A DNA stretch of 64,000 nt, taken from the NCBI RefSeq assembly GCF_004010195.1, contig NC_057750.1, positions 7,895,946 to 7,959,945 of the forward strand. The letters are read 5' to 3'. Numbering within the stretch: position 1 is the stretch's first letter; every line of letters starts with the position of its first letter. A program made the position numbers and the translations under genes. This document shows positions 11,817 to 23,200 of the stretch, one piece after another. Origin of the DNA: Chiloscyllium plagiosum. Taxonomy: Eukaryota. The notes beneath the pieces are model-generated. The model was given only the letters and a program-made list of their open reading frames with translations. It was not told the origin of the DNA and made no database searches.

Positions 11817-12430
11817 CCCACTCTCTCTATGTCCCAATCTCCACCCAGATCCATCTCTCTCTCTCTCTGTCTATGTCCCAATCTCCACCCAAATCCATCG
11901 CGCTCTCTCTCTATGTCCCAATATCCACCCAGATCCATCTCTCTCTCTCTCTATGTCCCAATCTCCACCCAAATCCATCGCTCTCTCTCTGTCCCAATCT
12001 CCACCCAAATCCATCGCTCTCTCTCTCTATGTCACAATCTCCACCCAAATCCATTGCGCTCTCTCTCTATGTTCAAATCTCCACCCAAATCCATCGCTCT
12101 CTCTCTCTGTCCCAATCTCCACCCAAATCCATCGCTCTCTCTCTCTCTCTATGTCACAATCTCCACCCAAATCCATCACTCTCTCTCTCTCTCTCTATGT
12201 CCCAATCTTCACCCAAATCCATCGCTCTCTCTTTCTCTATGTCCCAAACTCCACCCAAATCCATCGCTTTCTCTCTCTCTCTAGGTACCAATCTCCACCC
12301 AAATCCATCGCTCTCTCTATGTCCCAATCTCCACCCAAATCCATTTTTGCTTCTCCCTCTCACTTTTTCTCTCTCCCCGCTCCAATCTCTACCCAAATCC
12401 AACTTTCTCTCTCTATGCCTGAACCTCCCA
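11817..12430. repeat. Minisatellite, about 33-41-bp unit (CT)n-ATGTCCCAATCTCCACCCAAATCCATCG, about 14-16 copies (intron 2)
   Basis: Direct reading of tandem units with a variable (CT)n. Confidence 0.95.
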
Positions 12431-13545
12431 CCAGTCCCAGCTCTCTATCTTGTGATGTAATCTAACCAGGAGCCCATCTCCCAGCGGATAATTGTCCCTC
12501 ATGTGCTCCAATTCTCTCCCAATGTCACCCTCACCTTTGTGAAAACTGGCAGGTCGGACACAGAGTGGAACCTAGAATATTGGTGGTGGGGTGGGGAGGG
12601 GAGGAATTTGGGTACTGCCTCAGGAGAAGGTGCCAATCACTTCGGACTGAGAAGAGGAAGCAAAGAAACCTCTTTGCTGAAAGGTTTGTGAATCTTTCAG
12701 GTTCTATACCCAAGGAGGTGTAGGTACTTTGTTGTTGAATAGATTTACAGCTGGGGTAAGTAGACATTTGGCCTCTCGGGGAATGGGCAGGAAAGTGGAG
12801 TTGAGTTTTGAAAGGCAGAGCAAGTTCGAGGGTCTACACTTCCAGTTCTGGCGCGAAGATCATAAAGACATAGAAGCTGAAATAGGCCATTCAGCCCATC
12901 GAATCTCAACTGCAATTCGATGAGACCGTGGATGATGTTTATGGGAATGAGATCACAGTGTAAGTCTGAAGTCCATCTCTGTTATACTCAAACAGCGCTA
13001 CTTCCCATCACTTTTCCAGTTGATGGCTTATGAAGAGCTTTTGCCCGAAACGTCGATTCTCCTGCTCCTCAGATGTTGCCTGACCTGCTGTGCTTTTCCA
13101 GCAACACACTCTCGACTCTAGTCTCCAGCATCTGCAGTCCTCACTTTCGCCTGCACTGGAAGGGACAACATTAATGGGCCTATCCCTGAGTTGGCAAGAC
13201 AATTACCAGCAGCAGGTTTGTTGCATCAAAATAACCCAGTTTATAAGGGAGTTAAAAATCAACCACATTGACACTGGATTGGAGATACTTAGGGACCAGA
13301 CTGAGTAACGATAACAGTCCAGGGTCACCTATCAGATACAAATGTTTTTACAAGGGTACAATAAAGCTATATAAGCTGAATTAAGCTCTCAAACAGTCTC
13401 TAGTCTGTCTTAGTGAAAATGCTCCTTTCTCTATGGTGGTTGTTTCAAAATTGCACTTATCCATTAACATAATAAAGAGAATTGGAAATAATCTATTACC
13501 AGTTAAACAGTGCAGCCTCACAAGGAGTGAAAAAAATTAACTTAC

Positions 13546-13588
13546 CGATTTAAAAGCTGCCGAGACAAGGTTCGAGGGGAAGACGTTC
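13546..13588 (-). CDS. SLC1A5: SLC1A5 exon 2 (43 nt, (R)NVFPSNLVSAAFKS)
   Basis: ttttttgtcag|GAAC...TCG|gtaagt. Matches the ASCT2 motif NIFPSNLVSAAFRS; phases fit exons 1 and 3. Confidence 0.95.
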
Positions 13589-14782
13589 CTGACAAAAAAA
13601 AGGGGAAAAATAAAAGAGAATTAAAAAGACTTGCTTTGCAACTTTCCAAACTCCTTGTGCTCTGGGTCACATCAGCCCCGACAGCAATCATCAGTCAGAA
13701 AAATAATTGACATAGACACACCCAGTGCAGCACAGAGACAGTGCAGCAATACCATTATGTAGGGGAGATGCTAAACTCAGCCACCATCTTGTATCCCATC
13801 ATTGGCCAGAACCTGAAGGGTACCATGGCAGCCATTTTTATTCAGTCTCCCATTTATCTAAAAATGGAATATTACAAGCACACAGATCTTAACTCAATCA
13901 CAACCGAGCTTGGAGAAGGATCTGGTTATAGATTATTTTCTGATCAACCCCATTGAGACACTCCCTCTGGAGCAAGTGGGATGATGCATGTCTCCTGCCT
14001 CAGAGGTGGGGCCATTTCCACTGCAACAGCCAAGAATTTCAATATGGTCTTTTGAGAACCCAATTTAAATTAAACCAATCAAAGTTAACTGCATTAAAGG
14101 GGCACAACACAACCACAAGGTTCAAATGAAACCTAAATAAAGTTTAAATTGAAATGGCACTATGGCAAGATATCACAGTCAAATCGCTCTCTTCTCTTCC
14201 ATCCGTCTCCTCAGCCCTATCAGTGGGGGCCACATCCTCCCAGCCCAAGAACACTGTGGGCGTAACCATGGCGACGTAACCATGGTAGAGGTGCAAGCTG
14301 TCGGATACAACAACTCCCTCCGCAGCTCACTTCCTGGACTAGTTGACTGAAGAGTCTCTGGATCTGTTCAGATGATGTCCAATTAGTGCCCCACACCTGC
14401 ATTTTATTCGACACAACATCATGTCTCAGGCATCACTTTAGTTGCATAAAAGATTCAATGGCAGCTCAAAATCAATTTAAAAGCAAAATGCTTTTGCATT
14501 AAAAAAAACAATTGTGACTGTGCCTATGACATTTGTAAGAACATAACAAGTAGGAGCAGGAGTAGGCCATCTGGCTCCTCCAGCCTGCTCCGCCTTTCAA
14601 TAAGATCATGGGTGATCTTTATCATGGCCTCAGCTCCACCTACCCACCCATTCACCATAACCCTTACTCCCTTTACTGTTCAAAAATCTATCTTCACCTT
14701 AAAAATATTCAATGAGGAAGCCTCAACTGCTTCATTGAGCGAGGAATTCCACAGATTCACAACCCTCTGGGGGAAGAAGTTC

Positions 14783-15073
14783 CTCTATCAACAAACACAT
14801 CTAGTTAGACCCCATCTACCACCGCCTGAGAAAAGGAACCGGAAGTGACTTCACCACCGGAAATAACATCACCACAGGGAATGACATCACCAACCAAAAG
14901 AAACTCAAACATACAAATAGAAAGCAGGAATTTTCAGCATTGCTTCGCCTGAGGACCACTGAAGATGGTACCTAGTAGGGTAACGAAACGTCTGGAAATG
15001 AACCTTGCAGCTCAGTGAGCAAACCTACATCCAAAACCCCAACCTGAGCTAAAAATCTTCTCAAACCTCACTA
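14783..15073 (+). mobile_element. Penelope-like 3' fragment inserted in a CR1 fragment
   Basis: Encodes SINKHI*LDPIYHRLR, resembling PLE C-termini. Shares its terminal repeat with 8780-8970 and 17673-17966. Confidence 0.6.
14956..14995 (+). ncRNA. Minimal hammerhead motif at the 3' end of a Penelope-like fragment
   Basis: CCA CUGAAGA U GGUACC UAGUAG GGUAAC GAAA C GUC UGG; one stem II mismatch. Confidence 0.65.
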
Positions 15074-16629
15074 ATTCCTCCTAAGCACAGTCCTAAATCC
15101 GCTGCCCCTTATTTTGAGGTTATGTCCCCTAGTTCTAGTTTTACCCGCCAGTGGAAACAGCCTCCCTGCTTCCATCTTATCTACCCCCTTCATAACATTG
15201 GTGTATTTCTATAAGGTTCCCTCCACATCCTTCTAAATTTCAATGAGTATAGTCCCAGACTACTCAATCTCTCCTCACAAGCCAACTCTCCCAACTTTGG
15301 AATCAACCCAGTGAACTTCCTCTGCACCCCCTCCAGGGCCAGTACACCCTTTCTCGAGGAAGGAGACCTAACATTCTCTTTCACACTATCACATTTACAG
15401 GACCGTGCTGCACACAAATGGGCTGCCTCGATTACAAAAATGATGAGACTACAAAAAGAGCTTCATCGCACGAGAGAAGCTTGAGAAAGTCGAGATTGTG
15501 AAAGGCGCCACGTGAATGAAAGATTTTCCCACACAAATTCAGTTTTAAAAGGCTTCAAATTTAAAACACTGCCTGGTAGATTCCCTGTAACCGTGGGAAT
15601 AGGTTTGCAATTTTGTAGCAGGCACAGAATAAAGAAAAGCACCCCCCATGGCCTCTACATGAACACTGAAAACAGGAGAAAAAAATATTAAAAAATGAGA
15701 ATAAAAGACAGGTTACCAGAAACAGACAGAATGGACAAGCAGCAAAAATCCAGGCTAAATGTACCAAAGAAAATCTCTGCATGTGTCAGACCTTACCTAC
15801 CGTTGGAATCTTTGGATAGACAATCAGGAGGCCAATGAAAGGACAGTGCTCTGAAAGCTTGCGAGTTCAAACGAACCTGTTGGACTATAACCTGACGTCA
15901 TGCGACTTCTGACTTTGTCTACCCCAGTCCAACATTGACACTTCCACATCTTGAGAGATATGGACTTAATGCAGGAGACAGAAATCGATCAGCCACGGGC
16001 TAGGAAGGTGTTACACATTCAGTGGGCTGAAAGGCCTACTCCAACTCCGATGTTAACAGTCACAGGAGACCATATTTTTAAAACTAGGCCAATGGGCAAA
16101 AGTGGACTACCAACAACAACTTGGATTGACGTGGCATCTTTAACAACAGTAAGACGGCGGCTCAGTGGTTAGCACTGCTGCCTCACAGCGCCAGGGACCT
16201 GGATTTGATTCCACCCTTGGGCAACTGTCTGTGTGAAGTTTGCACATTCTCCCCGTGTCTGCATTGGTTTTCTCCGGTTTCCTCCCACAATCCAAAGATG
16301 TGCAGGTGAATTGGCCATACTAAATTGCCCATAGTATTAGGTGCATTAGTCAGAGGGAAATGGGTCTGGGTGGGTTGGTGTGGACTGTTGGTCGAAGGGC
16401 CTGTTTCCACACTGTATGGAATCTAGTCTAATCTCAAGACACCCCAAGGCACTGGACAGGAGTGTGCAGAAACAGAATTGGACAGTGAGCCAAACAAAGG
16501 AGATGTCTGAGCAGATATGCTGCCAATTCTGTTGGATTTCAGTGACATTTCAACTTGTGTTTGCAGAAGACTGGCATAAATTATGCAATCAGCATATATA
16601 TTGATTCCATATGTGAACGAGAGAAAATA

Positions 16630-17078
16630 AGTGATAGCTCCTTGAAAGTGGAGTTGCAGGTAGATAGGATAGTGAAGAAGGCATTTGGTATGCTTTCCTT
16701 TATTGGTCAGAGTACTGAGTACAGGAGTTGGGAGGTCAGGTTGCGACTGTACAGGGCATTGGTTAGGCCACTGTTGGAATATTGTGCTAGAGGGCATAGG
16801 TTTAGGGTGAGAGGGGAAAGATATAAAAGAGACCCAAGGGACAACTTTTTTACCCAGAGGGTGGTGCGGGTATGGAATGAGCTGCCAGAGGAAGTGGTGG
16901 AGGCTAGTATAATTGCAACATTTAAAAGGCACCTGGACGGGTATATGAATAGAAAGGGTTTGGAGGGATATGGGCCGAGTGCTGGCAGGTGGGACTAGAT
17001 TGGGTCGGGATATCTGGTTGGCATGGACGGGTTGGACGGAAGGGTCTGTTTCCATGCTGTATATCTCTATGACTCTAT
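16630..17078 (+). mobile_element. CR1/HER1-type LINE 3' fragment (internally deleted)
   Basis: LYRALVRPLLEYC...FFTQRVVRVWNELP. Confidence 0.8.
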
Positions 17079-17199
17079 AATTGGTCATAGAAGATTTTGA
17101 ACAGAAGGAGCAATAGGTAGCGAGATTGAGGAAGACAATGCAGAGCTGAGAGCCTGACATTGGAACAATTAGAATCACTGATAGGTAAAAGAGCAGTGT

Positions 17200-17202
<3 letters not shown>

Positions 17203-17239
<37 letters not shown>
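17203..17239. repeat. (GA)n microsatellite
   Basis: Direct reading. Confidence 0.95.
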
Positions 17240-17242
<3 letters not shown>

Positions 17243-17672
17243 GGCTGAAGGAGATTACAAAGGGAGGGAGGGAAGATATCAGAAAATAAGGAGGGGATTT
17301 TTAAATTCACACTGTTGCTGAACTAAGTGCTACCGTAGGTCAGTGAACACAGCAGTGATTCGTGAACGGAATGTGCCGAGATAACCAACAGGATTCTGGA
17401 TTCGTTTGCTCAGATGTATTTCAGTTCAACGTCCAAGCGGGTGCCCGGAATGTCAGGAAGAGATCTTTCAAGGCTGCCAATCAGCTGACAAATTGCTTCT
17501 TGACCTCTCCAGGTCAGGGTCACCTAGAATTCCGGAACACAAAAGCCAGGGAAAAGGGGAGGTGGAACAATGAACAAAACCAAACGGCTTCTGAGAAACC
17601 AGTCAAGGAATCAGAACTAGTTCTCGAAAAACAAAGTTCATGACTGTGCTGATTGGTAAAATAAAGACTTTA

Positions 17673-17966
17673 GGGTGTAGGTTTGCTCGCTGAGCTGTAG
17701 GTTTGATATCCAGACGTTTCATTACCTGGCTAGGTAACATCATCAGTGGCGACCTCCAAGTGAAGCGAAGCTGTTGTCTCCTGCTTTCTATTTATATGTT
17801 TGTCCTGGATGGGATTCCTGGAACAACAGCTTCGCTTCACTTGGAGGTCGCCACTGATGATGTTACCTAGCCAGCTAATGAAATGTCTGGATATCAAACC
17901 TACAGCTCAGTGAGCAAACCTACACCCTAAACCTCAACCTGAGCTATGAACCTTCACAAATCTTGC
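17673..17966. mobile_element. Palindromic mini-Penelope insertion
   Basis: About 105-bp inverted arms; flanking ATAAAGACTTTA / ATAAAAACTTTA duplication. Confidence 0.7.
17710..17749 (-). ncRNA. Minimal type I hammerhead ribozyme motif (Penelope-associated), intact core
   Basis: CCA CUGAUGA U GUUACCU AGCC AGGUAAU GAAA C GUC UGG: stem I CCA/UGG, 7-bp stem II, GUC cleavage triplet, loopless palindromic stem III. Confidence 0.75.
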
Positions 17967-18009
17967 ATAAAAACTTTATTTACATGAAAGGCCAAAGGCA
18001 AGAAATCAG

Positions 18010-18320
18010 GAGGGGGAAAGAGAGAAAGGGAGAGTGAATGGACAGAGAGAGTGAAAAAGACACACATAGAAAGAGAAAGAAAGAGAGAGAGAGTGGGGAG
18101 AGAGAAAGCAGAGGGAAAGAGACAGAGAGAGAGATAGGGAAAGAGAAAGTCAGAAAGCATGGGAGAAAGAGAGAGAGCGGAGAAAGGGAAGCTAGAGCGC
18201 GAAAGATGGAGAGAAAGATAAAGGGCAAAAGAGAAAAATGGGGAAGAAAGGGAAAGAGAGATATAGAGAGAAAAAAAAGCAAAAGAACAAAGGTGAAAAA
18301 AAATCAGAGAGCGAGAGAGA
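18010..18320. repeat. Polypurine GA-rich low-complexity tract
   Basis: Direct reading. Confidence 0.85.
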
Positions 18321-19929
18321 GCATGCAAGTCCCAAATAAAACAGCGTTATGTATACACAAATGGGGAAAGAGAGAGACCGGAATTTTATCACAAAAACTG
18401 TCAAAGTGTGGGCTGCAGAGATTTATTTCCCTGTGCCATTCCCGCTGCTGAATTCCAGGAATGTCTGTCCGGAATTTTTGCAACAGTTAAAAATGCAATT
18501 TTCCAGCTGGAAGAACTCAGTATGAAAGATAGCAGGTCATCCACTCACAGCACACTCACAGCATGTAGTCATCAGCCACTGCCCGAATAAAACCACAACT
18601 CACTGCTCAGATGTTTCGTCTCAGCAAGGAGAGACTGGTAATGAGAGGCTGCCCACACATTTCCTGCATTGTCATGATCTTGCCTCAGGAGGTGCGCCTC
18701 GGAACAAGATGCTAAGCTGTCATTGGAGCTGGTATCGGAATCATATATACCTTCTCACATTGCAACATGTCACTAGTGAGAGATTGGTGTGCCTGTGTTG
18801 TTGGCACAAACGCACTTGCCCCCGCTTACCGTGCCACACTGTACCAGCTTCTGTGCAGTAGAGACTGGGTTTGGGTTCTCCAGGAGGCCATTCAGCCCCT
18901 CAAAAAGGTTGCAGCTGCTCTCTCTCTCTCTCAATGTCATATAATTGCCTGTGCCTCAATTTCCAGCAGAAACCAGTCAAGCCCAATTCTGGAAACTTCC
19001 ACCGGCTGTCAGCATCCACATGAAGAACCTTGAAGATACATCTTCAGGAGTCATAGACAACAGAGAGAAAGGCCCTACAGCCCTTTGGGTAAGCACTGAT
19101 TAAAATAACTACCTGACTAATGTAAAGAAATGCAGATGATTCATGAGAGAGGTGAATGGGTCAGGAAGAACGTCCCATTTATAATCCCACCAACACAATA
19201 ACCCTGTATTTCTCATGGTTAACCAACACAGCCAGCACATCCGCTGGGCACTACAGCATAGCCAATTTACCCTAACCTGCACATCATTGTGACTGTGGGA
19301 GGAAACCTCTGCAGACATGGGGAGAACGTGCAAACTCCACACAGAGAGTCGCCCGATGCTGGAATCGAACCTGGGTCCCCTGGCGCCGTGAGGCAGCAGT
19401 GCTAACCACTGAGGCACCGTGCTGCCCTTCAGAAGAAAATTTGCTGTTTGTGGAACGCGGACAAAAGGAGCACAGGTTCCAGAATTCAGGGCAGCTTCGA
19501 CCCTGACAAGAAAGGGGATCAATCAGACCAGGAACGGTTGTGAAGGTGGTCCATGATAGAGCCCCTCAAAATGGAGTTTAAAGCCAGATCAGCAAAAAAA
19601 GGATTTTCTTTCATTATTTTCATTCTCGGGATGAGGGCGTCACTGGCTAGACCAGCACTTTATGCTCATCCCTAATTGTCCAAAGGCAATGAAGAGTCAA
19701 CCCCATTGCTGTGGGTCAAGATTAGAGTGATGCTGGAAAAGCACAGCAGGTCAGGCAGCATCCGAGGAGTAGGAAAATCAACATTTCAGGCAAAAGCCCT
19801 TCATCAGGAATTGCTGTGGGTCTGGGGTGACATGTAAACCAGTCCGGGTAAGGATGGCAGTTGCTTTACAATTGCAATCCCTTGTGAAGTTCAATCATTT
19901 TAATGATATTTGATGACCCACCATGTTTT

Positions 19930-20244
19930 TTTAGATTATTTACAGTGTGGAAACAGGGCCTTCGGTCCAACAAGTCCACACCGACCTGCCGAAGCGCAAC
20001 CCACCCAGGCCCATTCCCCTACATTTACCCCTGCCCCTAACACTACGGGCAATTTAGCATGGCCAATTCACCTGGCCTGCACATCTTTGGACTGTGGGAG
20101 GAAACTGGAGCACCCGGAGGAAACCCACACAGACACAGGGAGAATGTGCAAACTCCACACAGACAGTCACCCGGGGCAGGAATTGAACCCGGGTCTCTTG
20201 GGCTGTGAGGCAGCAGTGCTAACCACTGTGCCACCGTGCCGCCC
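19930..20244 (-). mobile_element. HE1-like V-SINE
   Basis: Reverse complement of the 53302 family. Confidence 0.85.
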
Positions 20245-23200
20245 ATTAAAGTCATACCATGGTTGAGGAGAGTGGTCGATCACAGTTTATTAATTATGCT
20301 TGGGGGGGTGGGTCAGTCAGCTCAGCTGGCTGGACAGCTGGTTTGCGAAGCAGTGATGCTAATAGCATGGGTCCAACACGGGTTGAGGTGACCGTGAAGG
20401 ATTGTCCTTTGCCTGAGGTGTGGCACCTCAGGTTAAACCACCACCGGTCACCTGTCTGTAATGAGACAGCAACCCCATGGTCTGGTTGGGGTTCACCTTC
20501 TTTCTGTATAAGCCATGTTAATTCTGAGCATTAGAAACATTTTGTACATGGATTGTAGCTTGTATTTCTGTGTTAATGTTGGATTGTGAATATTGCAGTT
20601 GTCTGTTCATAGCCGTGGGATCAGGCTTTATTTTTCTCAGGAAGTCGGTGTCTCAGATTTTGTCTATTTTAAAGGTTACTGCTCCCTAATCAGACTGTAA
20701 AAACAAAATAGTGACAGGCTGCTCCAGGATGGTAACAGGGGACATGCAGGATGGAGTCAAAACTGGAAGGGTACTGCCATAGAAAGTAGTGTGGGAGGAG
20801 GCTTACGTGGATTGTAAACAGAGCGCCCAGCAATAAGCCAAATATTTGTGCTGTCAATATTACACACTGAATGAAAAAGCTTTTGCTGTCTCAGATGTCA
20901 CTTACAGCAATTTCGGTTTGTCGTGGCTTTAATCTTTAATTCTTGGAGTGTTGGCAAACGTATCCTAATGTACACTCTTCCTCATGCTCCAACATAGCAG
21001 CTACTGCAGCAACACTGAGTCACCTGCTTTACAATCACCCTGCCATTATCTTTACAATCACAGACCTGCTTTTTCACTCCCAGGAATATTTACTGACACT
21101 CCACCCTCTCGGTTTCCTTCCTCTTGCCTCTCCTGACACCACCATTACCAGCTGGGATCCCAGCGTGGCATTGCAGAATGGTGACAGGGTGGCCATTCAG
21201 CCCCACGCGGTCTCTCTGCAAGAGCCAATTCCCTGCCCCATGTCCCACTCACCTGCAAATTTTCCCTCTTCAGCTAATTACTCCAATTCTCTCTTGAATA
21301 CCCCGACCAAGTCTGCCTTTATTGGTCAGTGATTGAGTATAGGAGTTGGGAGGTCATGTTACGGCTGTACAGGATATTGGTTAGGCCACTTTTGGAATGT
21401 TGTGTGCAATTCTGATCTCCTTCCTTTTGGAAGGATGTTGTGAAACTTGAAAGGATGTTGCCAGGATTGGAGGGTTTGAGCTATAGGAAGAGGCTGAATG
21501 TCTGGGGCTGCTTTCCCTGGAGCGTCAGAGATTAAATGGAGTAATAAAATTCCTTTAATAAATTGTTGATAGCCATCAGATTGATTTCTCAATTTTAGAA
21601 AGATAACCTTCCTGTTGTGTCTTAAATCTATTCGACTGCACCAATGACTTATTAAAGACACAGGTGTGGCTGGGTTAAACAAGGTAGGAAAGACTCTGTT
21701 GGCAAGTTTACTGTTGTCAAACATCTGTCATGTCTGCTACAGTATATCAAGATCACTTTTGGATGTCAAAATCCTATTGAGTGGACAGGTCAGTAAATAC
21801 TTAACCAAGGTCGAACGTTGGGGCTTTGGAATAAAATTCCATTGTTCCATTTCCCTCTGCATCACAGGAACTGGAGGGAAGGAGCTAAGGAGTCACATAT
21901 TGTGTCGCAGGTTCAGGTCATATTAGCTGTGACACGTCATGGTTTCACGCAAGTATTCAACATTCCAGCTTGACCGTTATCAAGAAAGGGTGAGTCCAAA
22001 ATCAGAAGCAGATTCTATTACAAGATACTTGCTTGAATTCCTGCTATTTATGGAATGAGCATTTCTCTCACGTCACAGTGACAGTAATATTGTTCCGGCA
22101 ACATCAGAATGATTCCCAAATTAGTCTAGATTCTTTTATAGAGACGTGACACACACACATTTCATGCTCTCTTTTGCTGCCATTTGGAGTTGGGCATGCA
22201 AGCTGCCGTTGCCCCCCCCCGTGCACACGGTATCAGCTGGCAGTGCAAAGTCAGAGATGCCGGCATATTAAACCTGCTACCCTCTCAGGTGGGTGCAAAA
22301 ACATCACAGAGCACCCTATAGCTAGGGGAGGTGATGGCCTAATGGTATTATCGCTAGACTGTGAACCATGAGACCCAAGTAACTTTCTGGCACCCGGGTT
22401 TGAATCCTGCCATGGCAGATGGTGGAATTTGAATTCAATAAAAATCTGGAATTAAGAGTCTAATGATGAACCATGAATCCATCAACGATTATCAGAAAAA
22501 AAAAACATCTGGCTCACTGATACCCTTTAGGGAAGGAAGCTGCCAACCTTACCTGGTCTGGCCTACATGTGACTCCAGACCCACAGCAATGTAGTTGACT
22601 CTTAACCGCCCTCTGGGCAATTAGGGATGGGCAAGGAATGTTGGACCAGCCAGTGACACCCACTTCCGTGGAAGCTTAGAGTCATAGAGATGTACAGCAG
22701 GGAAACAAGACCCTTTGGTCCAACTTGTCCATGCCGACCAGATAACCCAACCCAACCCAATCTAGTTCCATTTGCCAGTCGCCTATATCCCTCTGAACCC
22801 TTCCTATTCATATACCCCTGAAATCACACCAATTGAATTAATTAGAATTAGCTTTACAGTCATGTATTCAAATGGGTACGGTAAAAAGTCGCTACTTACG
22901 GCGCCATTTTGGTATACAGTACCTAGTTTTCCTCAGTGTCACTGCGTCAAAATCCTGGAACTCCCACCTCAAGGGATACAGCACCTTCCAAATCCATGAC
23001 CTCTACCATATAGAAGGACACAGGCAGTACATCCATAGGAATACCACCACCTGCAAGTTCCCCTCCAAGCCACTCACCACCCTGACTTTTATTTTAAACA
23101 ATTGTTTATGAAGGACATGGTGGTGAGTGGCTTGGAGGGGAACTTACAGGTGGTGGTATTAGCCTGCCTACTGGAACCGGTACAGTCCTTGGGTTTGAGG

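Noticed and set aside
11651..12465. Long overlapping ORFs (MSQSPPKSIAL repeats) and a CRISPR-like look
   Set aside because: Translations of a minisatellite; there are no unique spacers and the context is eukaryotic.
16423..17310. 295-aa ORF
   Set aside because: Antisense read-through of a (GA)n tract and a CR1 fragment.
17954..18451. R/E/K-rich and F/L/S-rich ORFs
   Set aside because: Low-complexity GA tract.
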